A stretch of DNA of 64,000 bases, taken from Histomonas meleagridis 2922-C6/04-290x. Lineage: Eukaryota; Protista; Parabasalia. Both the position numbers and the translations under genes were made by a program. Each line of letters begins with the position of its first letter. The stretch's first letter is position 1. The notes under the pieces are model-generated. The model was not told where the DNA came from, did no database searches, and saw only the letters and a program-made list of their open reading frames with translations. Of this stretch, positions 62,913 through 64,000 are shown piece by piece. The DNA lies in assembly GCA_020184695.1 (NCBI GenBank), contig JAANOX010000146.1, positions 62,001 to 126,000 of the forward strand. Reading direction: 5' to 3'.

Positions 62913-64000
62913 ATGTTTTACTGCATTGTAAGAGAAGCTTCAAGAATTGGAAACTTCACCATAACCGAGGGAAATTATGGAGTTTTAAAGGTTGTTACTG
63001 GAACACCAACACTTACTGGGTATGCAACTTCAAACTCACAATCCAATTTTATCTTTAAAATTCCAACAACAGAGGGTGATATTGAATTCGAATCAACAAA
63101 GGCACTTTATTCAGTTGTAACTCTTCCTGTTGGAAAAAGTAATTCAACAATTACTTTGGTTGTCACAGTAATTTTACCATACAACAAAGAATTCTTTAAT
63201 CAACCAATAGAAGTTGAATTCAAAAAGAACTTTTCTATTGGTCATCGTGGTAAAGGATCAAATTTAGTTGAGGATTCTTATCAAGAAAATACAATCACAG
63301 GCTTTCTCGAAGCACACAAAGAGCATGTTGATTTTGTAGAATTTGATGTCCAGCTTACTTCTGAAAACACTCCTGTTATTCACCATGATTTTTACATTAG
63401 TTATAATGAAATCAAAGAAGATCTTGGTGAACCAATAAATAACAATCCTGATGGATCCCACAACTATGCTATCATGCAATTCAATGACGTCAAATTCCGA
63501 GATTCTAAGTTACATCTCAAATGGAATGAAACACTTCCAACATTAAAAGACATGATGACGAAACTTCCCAAAGACCTCAAATTTGACATTGAAATCAAGT
63601 ATCCATTCCTTCCCAAGTTCAATGGTTTTGTTCCATACAAAGAGCGAAATGCTTTTATTGATCGCATTCTTGATGAAATTCATGAATGTAAAGAAGACAG
63701 AGCACTTTTCTTCTCATCGTTTGATGTCGAGTGCATTGCAATGCTTTGCGTCAAGCAGAAGCGATGGCCTGTTTTCCAATTGATGACCAGAGAAGAAGGC
63801 GAATCAATTGAGAGATTTACACGAAAAGTGCTACAAATTGCACCGATGTGGAAAGAATTTGGTGTGAAAGGATTTGTACTTGATTCAAGCAAACTTTTAT
63901 TGGTTCCTGAACTTGTCGACAAGTTAAAGAGCATGGGATACATTATCATGACATATGGATCACCAAATAATACTGTCGATGGTGTTGTTAAACAGTTAGA
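62913..64000 (+). CDS. Glycerophosphodiester phosphodiesterase (GDE5/GPCPD1-like), 3'-truncated by the window edge; 5' region degenerate
   Basis: Open frame from 62880 to the window end (absent from the ORF track): IGHRGKGSN..QENTITGF..VEFDVQLT..PVIHHDF..FDIEIKYP..FFSSFD. Upstream 62606-62900 is coding-like but has stops and shifts. Confidence 0.85.
   Translation, partial: MFYCIVREASRIGNFTITEGNYGVLKVVTGTPTLTGYATSNSQSNFIFKIPTTEGDIEFESTKALYSVVTLPVGKSNSTITLVVTVILPYNKEFFNQPIEVEFKKNFSIGHRGKGSNLVEDSYQENTITGFLEAHKEHVDFVEFDVQLTSENTPVIHHDFYISYNEIKEDLGEPINNNPDGSHNYAIMQFNDVKFRDSKLHLKWNETLPTLKDMMTKLPKDLKFDIEIKYPFLPKFNGFVPYKERNAFIDRILDEIHECKEDRALFFSSFDVECIAMLCVKQKRWPVFQLMTREEGESIERFTRKVLQIAPMWKEFGVKGFVLDSSKLLLVPELVDKLKSMGYIIMTYGSPNNTVDGVVKQL

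Overview
This is AT-rich eukaryotic DNA, most consistent with a parabasalid (Tritrichomonas/Trichomonas-like). The evidence is very long intron-free ORFs, BspA-type LRR surface genes, several DUF3447/ankyrin paralogues, TCATTT initiator-like motifs just upstream of some ATGs, and many stop codons in a TAAA context. Intact genes encode Piezo, a Clostridia-like pyruvate phosphate dikinase, a BAR-PH-ArfGAP-ANK protein, a ubiquitin-like protein, two large coiled-coil proteins, an HMG-box protein, a 2961-aa HECT E3 ligase, a chimeric surface protein, a calcineurin-B-like EF-hand protein, a GNAT acetyltransferase and a GDPD that runs off the window end. There are six tRNA genes (Pro-AGG, Phe-GAA, intron-containing Tyr-GTA, two His-GTG, Ile-GAT) and many disrupted genes. 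The most striking unexplained structure is in the four DUF3447/ankyrin loci. Nearly every C-terminal ankyrin repeat is cut at the same point, the loop between N-A-K-D and T-P/A-L, by a T-rich spacer of variable length (about 16 junctions). The spacers usually carry stops or shift the frame and lack GT-AG/AT-AC ends, while the ankyrin cores downstream stay open and consensus-like. Six spacers share a TTTGGA motif, five of them 16-17 nt before coding resumes. This suggests non-canonical introns, translational bypassing or a site-specific element, but the mechanism cannot be determined from DNA alone. A second candidate is a structured RNA of about 185 nt with H/ACA-like layout directly behind tRNA-Tyr. 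All family assignments come from motif recognition by eye; no searches were run.
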